NCBI RefSeq assembly: GCF_006345805.1
Contig: NC_043003.1
Location: 14,942,001-15,006,000, forward strand
Origin: Octopus sinensis
Lineage: Eukaryota
Reading direction: 5' to 3'
Length of the DNA stretch: 64,000 bases
Shown here in pieces: positions 25,295 to 36,940 of this stretch (the first letter of the stretch is position 1; each line of letters begins with the position of its first letter). Both the position numbers and the translations under genes were made by a program. The notes under the pieces are model-generated. The model was not told where the DNA came from. It worked only from the letters and a program-made list of their open reading frames with translations, and did no database searches.

Positions 25295-26014
25295 TTTACT
25301 CTCTTTTACTTGTTTCAACCATTTGACTGTGGCCATGCTGGAGCACCGCCTTTAGTCGAGCAAATCAACCCCAGGACTTATTCTTTGTAAGACTAGTACT
25401 TATTCTATCAGTGTCTTTTTGCCAAACTGCTACACTACAGGGATGTAAACACACCAGCATCAGTTGTCAAGCGATGTTGGGGGGACAAACACACACAAGG
25501 ATACATACATACACACACACACACATTCACACACACACACACACACACATATACGACGGGCTTCTTTCAGTTTCCATTTACTAAATCCATTCACAAGGCT
25601 TTGGTTGGCCCGAGGCTATAGTAGAAGACAGTTTGTCGATAACAATACATACATTAATGTATGTACACAAACTTACATATGAGTAGATTAGCCTGCTTGC
25701 TCACCCTTTTCTTTTCTTTTTTCTTTTTGTTGCTTCACACAGATACATGCACATGTGGACCTATGGAGGTCCACATGTGCTTGTGGGTTTTTTGGAATAA
25801 AGCTGCTAACATATGTTTACTCATACAGGTGTATATGTGTAGATATGCGTCTTATTAGGGTAAGCAAGGAAATATTATTTATCATCATTATCATCGTCAT
25901 CATCATCATTTAACGTCTGATTTCCATCATCATTTAACGTCTGATTTCAGTGGGACTGAACCGGAACCATGTGGTTTGTAAGCAAGCTATTTACCACACA
26001 GCCACTCCTACACC
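25295..26014 (-). mobile_element. SINE family 1 split by a ~320-bp insertion
   Basis: Body 25295-25630 and head 25949-26014 are collinear parts of one copy. Confidence 0.82.
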
Positions 26015-26084
26015 CATCTACCAAAAAGGGGTAAGAAATTTGAGCAAACCTTCCTCCGTGGTTTTTAAAGGCTATATATCTCCA

Positions 26085-26330
26085 TAACATTCTAATGTTG
26101 GTTTGAATTTGTTCCACAGGGCCTGCAATTTCATGGAGAGTAATTAAGTCAATTACATTTACCCCAATGCACAACTGGTACTTATTTTATCAATCCCAAA
26201 AGAGTGAAAGGCAAAGTCAACTCTGGCAGAATTTGAACTCAGATAGTAAAGATAAATGCCTAAGTATTTTCTTCAGTGTACTAATGATTCTACCATCTGG
26301 CCACCTTACATAACATTCTAATATCGAATA
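26085..26330 (-). mobile_element. Degenerate SINE family 2
   Basis: GAAAGGCAAAGTCAAC...AATTTGAACTCAG reverse motif. Confidence 0.7.
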
Positions 26331-26560
26331 TCTGCCACCAGGAGCATCAACAAGCTCTTTGAGCCACCAACTAAGAATTTTAAATATGTCTCCAAGATAT
26401 ACCTTAGAGACAAAAACCAATCAACAACGAGTAACCAGCATAGGCACACGCATGGCTGTGTGGTGAGAAACTTGTTTCCCAACCACATGGTTGTGGGTTC
26501 GGTCCCATTATGCGTACTTGGGCAAGTGTCTTCTACCATAACCACAGGCCAACCAAACCC

Positions 26561-27109
26561 TTGTTTTTGATAGTAGTAGTTTTCTGATTTCAGCTTTCCT
26601 GTGAAATCCGGCTTTGTGCAGGTCCTGGTGAACAGTTTTTGTGAAAACTGGGTTCTCGAGGTGGTCATTAAGCTCTGCAGTAATTTTGGGTGCTGTACTT
26701 TTGTGATCCTTTCTAACAATTCGCATAAGAGTCCAATAGTCCCTATCTGAAAGTTTTGGTTTTCTTGCAGAGTTTTGCTTCAAGGGGAGGTTTTCCCCTC
26801 TTTCTCAAAGGCTGTCATTACTTTCGAGACAGTACCTCTTGATACACCAAATATTCAGCTGTTTTCATTACACTAGCGCCTGTGATATGAGCACCAACAA
26901 TTTGACCACTTTGAAAGTCCGATAGATCTGTCATTTTACTGAATTTTAATTACCTTTTTCTGATGATATCTGAAAAGAAACAGCAATTTTAGCAAAACAT
27001 ATTAAGCAACACTAATAATAAATCAAAAACATAAAAATAAACAAGCTTTTGATGGTTTTAATTATGATGCTATGATGCTAGGTATTTCCATTATTTTGTC
27101 CAACCCCTG
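26561..27109 (-). mobile_element. Tc1-like transposon 5' portion (TIR + HTH region)
   Basis: TA + CAGGGGTTGGACAAAATAATGGAAA terminus; MTDLSDFQSGQIVGA start; ORF 26508-26783 (TAPKITAELN...LHKAGFH). Confidence 0.88.
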
Positions 27110-27211
27110 TATATATATATATATAATACATTAGAGGAAAAATCAACACCAAGGTAGAATGAGTATCCCAAGTCATTTAGAGTAATTTAATTAGGGTAAG
27201 GTGAATTTGAA

Positions 27212-27287
27212 GTCTTACAGCTGTTTCTGAGATAACCCAAGTGGTTGGTTAGCATGTCCATGCACTGGGTATTCCATCATCAGAGAC
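27212..27287 (-). ncRNA. Type I hammerhead ribozyme motif (Penelope-like)
   Basis: GUCU-CUGAUGA-imperfect long stem II-GAAAC-AGCU-GUA-AGAC; palindromic stem III ACAGCUGU; 4-bp stem I. Confidence 0.65.
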
Positions 27288-27441
27288 AAAGTATGAATAT
27301 CTTAGGCGGGGAAAATTTACAATTTGCAAGGAATAAAATTTACAGTTTATAAGGAATAAAACAGAATAGCACTCACCTATTTGATTAGGTCACAAGTGAA
27401 CCAAACCCCTCATGTTCTATATATATATAAATGTGTGTGTG

Positions 27442-27477
<36 letters not shown>

Positions 27478-27483
27478 TACACA

Positions 27484-27554
<71 letters not shown>

Positions 27555-27661
27555 TCTTTTACTTGTTTCACACATTTGACTGTGGCCATGTTGGAGCACC
27601 ATCTTTACTCAAACAAATCGACCCCAGGACTTATTCTTTGTAAGCCTAGTACTTATTCTAT

Positions 27662-28110
27662 TGATCCAGCTGTAGAAACTTTGCCAGATCGGATTGGAGC
27701 CTGGTGCAGCCTTTTGGCTTGCCAGCTCTCAGTCAAACCGACCAACTCATGCCAGCATGGAAAGCAGACGTTAAATGATGATGATGATGATAATTATATA
27801 TATATATTGTAGACATGGCTCTTGCCAGTGCTGTCTGACTGGCATCTGTGCCAGTGACATGTAAAAAGCACCATTAGAGCATGGTCAATGCCAGTGCCAC
27901 CTGACTGGCCCCATGCCAATGGCCTGTAAAAAGCAAACATTACATTCTTAGAGTGGCTGAGGTTAGAAGGGCATCCAGATGTAGAAACCTTACCAGATCA
28001 GATTGGAGCCTGGTGCAGCTTCTTGGCATGTTACTCCTCAACCAAACCGTCCAACCCATGCCAGCATGGAAATCAGACGTTAAATGATGATGATGACGAT
28101 GATAATGATG
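27662..28110 (+). mobile_element. Two tandem SINE family 3 pieces
   Basis: Two CATCCAG(C/A)TGTAGAAAC...ACGTTAAAT(GAT)n tails. Confidence 0.75.
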
Positions 28111-28484
28111 CTAAATATATATTTCCTTGCTTGCCCTAATAAGACGCATATTTACACATATACACCTGTATGAGTAAACATATGTTAACAGCTTTATTCC
28201 AAAAACCCACAAGCACATGTGGACCTCTATAGGTCCACATGTGCATGTATCTGTGTGAAGCAACAAAAAGAAAAAAGAAAAGAAAAGGGTGAGCAAGCAG
28301 GCTAATCTACTCATATGTAAGTTTGTGTACATACATTAATGTATGTATTGTTATCGACAAACTGTCTTCAGATCACTGACCTTTAGCTGACCAATCAAAC
28401 TTACCCTCCATTTCACAGATCAATACTGTCCCTTCTTGTTTTTATTCTCTCGCCACCCCCTTGTAAAAACATTCTCCTAAATCT

Positions 28485-28530
<46 letters not shown>

Positions 28531-28756
28531 CAGCCAGTTCCTTCTCATAGATTTTTCAGTAACTAATTCTTTACTGTTTCCAGTAATTCTTCACTATTCC
28601 TCCATTCTCAAAGACTATGGACAAAGAAAAAGTTCTTCTTTTCTGCCTGATGGAGACTTGGTCCAAAATTGCTCGTAGCTCATCTCACATTCTCTCAGCA
28701 ACACAGAAATTATTGAAAATAAACTGGCATGGAAGCCAGTCAGGTGGCACTGGCAT

Positions 28757-28793
<37 letters not shown>

Positions 28794-29036
28794 TTGCTTA
28801 CCATGATAGCCAACAAAAATGTAATGTAACTCTTCACTCCAGCATTCGAAACTCCGAGTACTATAATGACAACCTTTTACTGTTTGTTCTAAATTATATC
28901 ATATATAAATAATCCTCTATTTATCTAAAATCGAGGTCTCCTTCTTTTGTTGTTACATTTTATTATTATTATTATTATCATAATCATTATCATGATTATT
29001 ATTATTATTATCATTATTATTATTATTATTATTATT

Positions 29037-32000
29037 CAGTAGTTTTATTTTTATAGCGTGCTTTCACTTCACTACCGAGCGCAGCTCTGTGTGCCTTGGG
29101 TATGTGCTGTGATTTGTTGTGATGCTCTGATGGTTATTGTATGGAAAGTGTTCTGCGTAGGATGTGTGCAGTGCCTAGTAGTGCAATTTTCTGTATGTTA
29201 TATGTGTTTGTAAGTCCTGGTGTTTTTGTTATGTATTTGTCTGAATATTTTTTTATCATGCCTAATGCACCTACTATGATAAGAATTGTTTCTGTTTGCA
29301 GATTCCACATTCTAGTTACCTCTATTTCCAGGTCTTTGTATTTTGAGAGTTTCTCCATTTCTTTTAGAGACACGTTGTCATCTGCGGTATTGATACATCA
29401 ATTAGAAAGCATTTTTTTCTTCATGTCTCTGACAACTATATCTGGTCTGTTGGCCTTAATTTCTCTGTCTGTGTGTATCGGCATATCCCAGAGTATGGTT
29501 GCTTTCTCATTTTCTGTGACCTTTTCTGGTGTGTGCCTATACCATCTTTTTTCTGTTGTTATTCCATAATGTTGGCATAGCTTCCAATGTATGTAGGTTC
29601 CAACTCTGTCATGTCTGTGAATATATTCCTTCTTAGCCAGGACTAGGCAGCTAGAGATAATATGATTTATTGTTTCTTGTCCATCTCCACATATTCTGCA
29701 GTTACTTGTAATATTTCTTTTCATTACATGTTTTTGGTAATTTCTGGTGGGGAGGCTTTGGTCTTGTGCTGCAATTAAAAATCCCTCTGTTTCTGCTTTG
29801 AGTCCTGAGCTTCTCAACCATTGCTGGGATTTTTCTTTTGCGTTTAGTTTAGTGCAGTATTTACCATGAAGGGGCTTTTCTTGCCATCGTTTTATCATGG
29901 TTCGTTGCTGTTCTATTTTTAGTTTGGATTTCATTTGTTTTATAGCTTTTGTTGTTTCTTCTGTCTTCACATCTTCTTTTCTTCTTCGTGTTTATTAGGT
30001 GGTATGATTTCTTGTTTGTATTTGTCAAGCTTCCTTAAATACTGAGAACAGTTTTTTGTTTTGCTCGTGTTTTGCTGCTATCTGGATCAGTTTTCCTTCC
30101 TTCTGAAGTAGATATTTTTGCAGTCCTATGGTGGTTATTTTATAGTAGTTTTCCAGCTGTATAAGGCCTCTACCACCTTCTATACGTTGTATATATAGTC
30201 TTTCTATGTCAGATTTTGGGTGATGCATCCTAGTCCTGTCAGTATTTTTCTTGTTTTCCTATCTATTTTGGACAGTTCATTTTGTGTCCAGTTAAGATAT
30301 TGTAGCTGTAACTTATAACTGGGACAGCTAAAGTGTTGATACCTATTATCTTGTTTTTAGCATTGAGCTCTTTTTTTAGTATTGATCTAACTCGTCTATA
30401 ATATTCTTTTTTTATTTCTCTTCATTTGTGTGTTGTTGTGTCTTATCTAGTTCATGGATTCCTAAGTATTTTAAGTTTGGCTTTGGTCTAATTCTTTTAT
30501 TTCATTGGTTTTATCTAGTGTGATGTTGTTACTCTTAACTAGTTTTCCTCTTTTCATGGTTACTTTGGCGCATTTTTCTAATCCAAATTTCATATCTATT
30601 TCTTTGGTAAATCCATGAATTGTCTTTAATAGTGTTTCCAGCTGTTTGTCATTTGCAGCGTATAGTTTTAGGTCATCCATATATAATAGGTGGCTGATCG
30701 TTTTGCCGTAACATTTATATCTGCATCCAGTTCTATTTAGCATATCAGATAGAGGTGACAGTGCCAAGCAGAAAAGGAGTGGAGAGAGCGTGTCTCCCTG
30801 GAATATTCCTCTTCTAATGGGGATGTCTTTGGTTTTCATGAGTCTCTCTTTTGTTGGAGGTATAGGACTGTTTGCCATTTATTCATAGAGTGCTCTATGA
30901 GATTTTTGTGATTGTTGGTGCTACTTTGTTAATGGCTAGTGTTTTGAGGATCCATGTGTGGGGGATGCTATCAAACGCCTTTTTGTAGTCATCCAGGCCA
31001 TACTGAGGCCTTTCTTCTTTCTGTGGCTGTCTTCAGTTACGGCTTTATTAATCATTAGTTGATCTTTACAGCCATATGAGCCTTTGCGGCATCCTTTCTG
31101 CTCTTCTGGGAACAGTTTGTTTTCGTCAGGTGCTTGTTCAGCCTTTGCGATATCACTGCAGTAAATGCCTTGAACATACTAGGGAGGCAGGTTATTGGTC
31201 TGTAGTTTTCTGGTTGCTGTTTCATTTGATTTGGGATTAAGATGGTTTTCCCCTTCGTGAGCCATTCAGGCATTGTCTCTGGCTCTGCTAGTATGCTGTT
31301 AAAGTTTTCAGCCAGCTTTTTGTGCATTCCTGTTAGATATTTCAACCAGAAGTTGGGGATCTTGTCATGCCCAGGTGCCTTCCAGTTGCTTAGTTTTTGC
31401 AGTGCCTGGGTGACTCTTCAGTTGTTATGGGGGTCCAAAGTTGTTCAGATGCCGAGTTTGTTATTTTGATACTCCTTTTTTTTGGCTGTTCGTTCAACCG
31501 ACCATATTTCTCTCCAGAATTCTTCCAATTCTTCTGCCGTTGGTGCTGCAGTGAACTTCTATTTTATTTTTTCCCAGTCTTGGTAGAACTTTTTGGGTTT
31601 GGGTTGAACTTTTTGTTCTGTTCAAAGAAGCGTTGGCGTTTCTCGTACCGGTGGATCCTTGAGCTTTGGCAAGGATATCTTGCTTCAGCTTTTCTTTATC
31701 TCCGGCAAATCTTTTTCTGTGATGTTATATTTGCGGAGCATTTGTTTCTCTTTTTGTTGTCTCAGTAGCGTTGATTGTTTGCTGATTCATTAAGAATCGA
31801 CAGGTCTTTTCTAATTTTTTTTATTTTGTTTTGGATGTTATTTATCCACAGGGTTTGTTGGGTGGTGGTACTCCTGTTTGGGCGGGTTTGGGTGAGTATC
31901 CAGCTTCTTTTGTGGCTGCAGTGGCTGCTGCGTATATCAAGTCATTCAGTTCAGTGATATCACTTTTTTTTTGTTTCAGTGGCTAGTTCAGTGACGGCAG

Positions 32001-32977
32001 GTTTATGCTGTTTATAATTGGTGTTGTTATTTCGTTTATTTTTATTCTTGGGAGGTATGTCAGTGGTCCATTTTGGGCTCTGGGGTTTTCAGTTCTTTGA
32101 TTTTTATTTTTTATATTATCATAATCATTAGGCTCCCCTTCGTTGTTTACATCGGGTTTGTTGGGAATGTTGCGTTTGTCTTCGTGTTTTACAGTTTCAG
32201 TGTTTATATTATTGGGCATTGTTGTGTGGCTTCTATCTACATTTTCTGGTGTATTTTTTCTTTTAAATGTTCTATTTCTATTTCTGATATTATTTTGGCT
32301 TTGAGAATGTATCTTCGTACGTTAGCTAATTTATTAGGGTCATTGCTATCCAAGTCTATATCTCTATTATTTTCCTTCCATTTTTATATGTATGTGTTGT
32401 TGTATTTTCATTTTTGGGTAGAGCATTGCTGTGAAGTATGCGTGTAAGATAGAAATGTATTCCTCACGTGTCCATTTACGTCTTTTGGGTTTTATTTGCG
32501 GGACATTAGTACAACGTCCGGCCCATTATTTTGACGGTCGTCATTTTCGTAGGGTACCAGTCCGTTTATTTTCTGTTGTCACATTATTTCGCACGTGTAG
32601 TTTTTCGTACATTTTTTGTTGTAAGTTTAATGTACGTACCGCTCGATTGTTATTCTTGGGTTGAATAGTATCGGTGGCATTTAATTTCTTCGTAGTTCCT
32701 TTGTACATGGTGTTTGAGGTCGGGGATGATCGTGATGTTCCACGCATGTTTACATGTGTTGTGTTAGAGTGGAGATAATATCGAGTCAAAAAACATCATT
32801 TCGTTTCGAAAATAGTAATAATTTCAATTAGTATTACTTACTCGGATACAGTCCAATTCTTTGTTAGTAAATCTTTGGCTCCATAGGATGTCCTTGTTTC
32901 GATGTGTTGTGGATAGATTGGTTTTTCGGAGCTCTGTATTTTCCTTCTTACTCTTAAACGTCCCCGGTGTTCTCTCT
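29037..32977 (-). mobile_element. Full-length R4/Dong-clade non-LTR retrotransposon (RLE type) inserted in a (TAA)n microsatellite
   Basis: Minus-strand fragments give N-terminal RRKWTREE, RT motifs (NYRPITCLP, GIFQGDTLSPLLF, YMDD), CCHC (CRICGDGQETINHIISSC) and RLE motifs (PDIVVRD, KLSKYKDL). (ATT)n tracts lie on both sides. Confidence 0.93.
29134..32500 (-). pseudogene. Frameshifted RT-CCHC-RLE polyprotein ORF of the R4/Dong element
   Basis: Collinear track ORFs 31983-32219, 31055-31345, 30471-30878, 30025-30228, 29398-29970 and 29134-29373, broken by frameshifts; ends RRTLSIQ*. Confidence 0.9.
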
Positions 32978-33010
32978 TATTATTATTATTATTATTATAT
33001 TATTATTATT

Positions 33011-33495
33011 CAGTAGTTTTATTTTTATAGCATGCTTTCAGTTCACTACCGAGCGCAGCTCTGTGTGCCTTGGGTAAGTGCTGTGATTTGTTGTGATGCT
33101 CTGATGGTTATTGTATGGAAAGTGTTCTGCGTAGGATGTGTGCAGTTCCTAGTAGTGCAATTTTCTGTATGTTATATATGTTTGTAAGTCCTGGTGTTTT
33201 TGTTATGTATTTGTCTGAATATTTTTTTATCATGCCTAATGCACCTACTTGATAGGAATTGTTTCTGTTTCAGATCCCATTCTAGTTACCTCTATTTCCA
33301 GGTCTTTGTATTTTGAGAGTTTCTCCATTTCTTTTAGAGACCGTTGTCATCAGCTGGTATTGATACATCATTAGAAAGCATTTTTTTTCTTCATGGTCTC
33401 TGACAACTATATCTGGTCTGTTGGCCTTAATTTCTCTGTCTGTGTGTATCGGCATATCCCAGAGTATGGTTGCTTTCTCGTTTTCTGTGACCTTT
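33011..33495 (-). mobile_element. 5'-truncated R4/Dong copy (RLE C-terminus + 3' UTR)
   Basis: Near-identical to 29037-29525; bounded by (ATT)n. Confidence 0.92.
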
Positions 33496-33512
33496 TATTA
33501 TTATTATTATTA

Positions 33513-33559
<47 letters not shown>

Positions 33560-33595
33560 ATTATTATTGTTGTTGTTGTTGTTGTTGTTATTATT

Positions 33596-33853
33596 CAGTA
33601 GTTTTATTTTTATAGAGTGCTTTCACTTCACTATCGAGCACTGCTCTGTGTGCCGTTGGTTTGTTATTTATGTTGTTGATCTTTTATGGTTGTGTTTGAG
33701 GTTGTGTTTGATGCTGTGTGTGCTTGGGTATGTGCTGTATTTGTTGTGATCTCTTATGGTTACTGTATTGAAAGTGTTTTGCATAGGATGTGTGCAGTAC
33801 CCAGTAGTGCAATTTTCTGTATGTTATATATATTTGTAAGTCCTGGTGTTTTT
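33596..33853 (-). mobile_element. Short 5'-truncated R4/Dong copy, second subfamily
   Basis: Same 3' end (cagtagttttatttttatag) and C-terminal codons; longer 3' UTR; bounded by (ATT)n. Confidence 0.85.
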
Positions 33854-33859
33854 CTTATC

Positions 33860-33903
<44 letters not shown>

Positions 33904-34142
33904 TATGGGTTTTTCTTCTTCTTTCAAATTTGCTTCCATTTCTTACCGAGTGTCTTCTGGGCTCCTAGGGCAAAGAAACTCATAGTATACATTGGTAGGC
34001 CATTAAACTAAGCTCACTAGTTCGTTATTTTTTTTTTTTGATAAAAATAAAGTTAAATTAAAATACATGGGTAGTAATAGTTCTCACATCGACAAGCTCT
34101 TCTCAATATTTGTGATGTACCAGTTAAGACAATCTTTTGCAC

Positions 34143-34173
<31 letters not shown>

Positions 34174-34175
34174 GA

Positions 34176-34685
34176 AAATCAAAATAAAATAGATGAACAT
34201 CAATGGAATTTGTATCTTTATGGTACCAGTGCCGGTGGCACACAAGAAAACCATCCGAACGTGGCCGTAGCCAGTACCGCATCGACTGGCCTCCGTGCTG
34301 TGGGCACGTAACAAACACCATCCGATCATGTCCGTTCGCCAGCCTCATCTGGCACCTGTGTCGGTGGCACATAAAAACACCATCTGAAGACCCGGCAAGA
34401 CTAGTCAGGCCATAACCCGTGGCCCCTACCTGGGACGTAGTCAGTCCGCTTGTGCATACCTTCCTTCTTGTGACACTTGTGAAGACCTGTTGAGACAAGT
34501 GATCAAATCAAATCAAATCAAATCAAAATAGATGAACATCAATGGAATTTGTATCTTTGTGGTACCAGTGCCGGTGGCACACAAGAAAACCATCCGAACG
34601 TGGCCGTAGACAGTACCGCATCGACTGGCCTCTGTGCTGTGGGCTCATAACAAACACCATCCGATCGTGGCCGTTCGCCAGCCTC
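34176..34685 (+). mobile_element. Tandem copies of a family-3-related repeat ending in (CAAAT)n
   Basis: AAAATAGATGAACATCAATGGAATTTGTATC starts at ~34187 and ~34525; shares the GTGCCGGTGGCAC subrepeats. Confidence 0.72.
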
Positions 34686-34982
34686 AGTGGATTTGGTAGA
34701 CGGAAACTGAAAGAAGCCTGTCGTATATATGTATATATATATATATATGTGTGTGTGTATATGTTTGTGTGTCTGTGTTTGTCCCCCAGCATTGCTTGAC
34801 AACCGATGCTGGTGTGTTTATGTCCCCGTTACTTAGTGGTTTGGCAAAACAGACCGATAGAATAAGTACTGGGCTTACAAAGAATAAGTCCCGGGGTCGA
34901 TTTGCTCGACTAAAGGCGGTGCTCCAGCATGGCCACAGTCAAATGACTGAAACAAGTAAAAGAGTAAAAGAGTAAAAGAGTA
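34686..34982 (+). mobile_element. SINE family 1, 3' two-thirds fused to an upstream repeat
   Basis: Starts at AGTGGATTTGGTAGACGG and runs to the GAGTAAAA tail. Confidence 0.82.
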
Positions 34983-35109
34983 TACAAGATAAGAAAATGG
35001 AGAAATACATCTAAATCAAATATCAATTACACGATAATACTCAATCACATACTTTATTAAACCACCACATAAGAGACTGTAGGGTTAAATATAAAAAAAT
35101 ATATATAAA

Positions 35110-35325
35110 GTTAATCCAAACATGAAAACACAAAAAAAACACAACGCGAGGACATGGAACAAATATAGTATTATTGGATGCTCAGGAAAGAAGGAAAGAT
35201 GGAGGGTTTAACATTTCGAGTGGAACTCTTCGTCGGAAACATAGGAGAAGGAAAGATCCAGATAAGGGAAGACAGGGGAAAAAAAATTGCCAACGGTACA
35301 CACGAGGTCACACACAAGTGTGTAT
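35110..35325 (-). mobile_element. Second copy of the same terminal repeat, decayed hammerhead
   Basis: Minus strand GTTT-CCGACGA-A-GAGttccaCTC-GAAAT-GTT-AAAC at 35206-35240. Confidence 0.55.
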
Positions 35326-35579
35326 GTATCATCATCATCATATATATATTTGTATGTATGTATGTATGTATACACACACATTATGTAGAGACACTGCAAA
35401 TTAGAAAATCTAAGATAAATACATCTATCTAGCCTACAGTTTACAATGACTGCACTGTAGGAAGTAAACAGATGTAAATATATGTTGTTATTCTCTTCAC
35501 ACAGAAAAAATTGGAGATTGCGTTGACAGGTTTCATACATATATATATTTCTGTACGAATGCATACATTCGAGCATATT

Positions 35580-35650
35580 GTATGACTATGTGCATGTATA
35601 TACTCCTTATATGTATATATGTATGTGTATATATGCAGTGTGTATGTATA

Positions 35651-35681
<31 letters not shown>

Positions 35682-35709
35682 ATATACATATATACATATA
35701 TATATATAC

Positions 35710-35757
<48 letters not shown>

Positions 35758-35767
35758 TATATATATC

Positions 35768-35800
<33 letters not shown>

Positions 35801-36384
35801 TATATATATGTATATATACATATTTATACATGCATACATACATATTTATATATATATATATATATATACACATGCATATATGCTATAGATATACACATAT
35901 AAATTTACCTGTGCCTATACATCATATATACTTTATGTGTATATGTATTTATCTTATAGACATAAATACACAAGTTTATGTTCATTCATAAATACACACA
36001 CACACACACATAATACAGACTTATATGTATAGATATATATACAAACATACATGCCCACACACACACAAGTCTTATAGGATACCATACAGGTATCCTATAA
36101 GACAGAATTTATTAGTTTTTATCTTCAAAAGCTCATATACCTACGGGACCGATCTTCTTGTGTGTAAGCATATGTTTGCAGACAAACGTGTGTGCTTCTG
36201 CACACACACACACATACACACACATGCACAAAAGCGCACATGCACACACAGACACACACACGGTTTGTGAACTGAAATCCTCATATGCGCTCTTATGTGT
36301 CTGTAAACAAGTTTATATTATAAAGACAGCAATGTGAGTATACCCATTCAGATTAAAGATTAACATCAAAGTATATATACATAA

Positions 36385-36449
<65 letters not shown>

Positions 36450-36940
36450 ATATGCGTGTGTGTATATATTCATATGTGTATGTATATATATATATATATA
36501 CACACATATATATACATATATATATATACATATATATATATACATATATATATATATACATACATATATATACATATGTATGTATATATATATATAAATA
36601 TATACATGCACATATACAGACATACATATATATAGGTATGTATGTATGCATTTTTTTATATATACATATACATACACATACATATGTATGTGTGTCTTGT
36701 ATGTGTATGTATATGTAGATGTATATATCTATATATATTCATTTGTTTTTATAAACAAATATATATATATATATATATATAATATATGTATATATATATA
36801 TATATACATGTATAAATATATATATATATGATATATATGTATATATACATATGTATGTATATATATAATATATATATATCTATATATATATATATAATAT
36901 TATATATATATATATATATGTATATATAAGTATATATGTA
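35580..36940. repeat. (TA)n-rich microsatellite fields (similar ones at 3900-4570, 5980-6510, 6790-6910, 42950-43840, 48090-48250, 59720-60090)
   Basis: Direct reading of the sequence. Confidence 0.95.

Noticed and set aside
26960-26990. CTGATGA...GAAAC motif
   Set aside because: No stem II or stem I pairing, and it lies in the Tc1 5' region.
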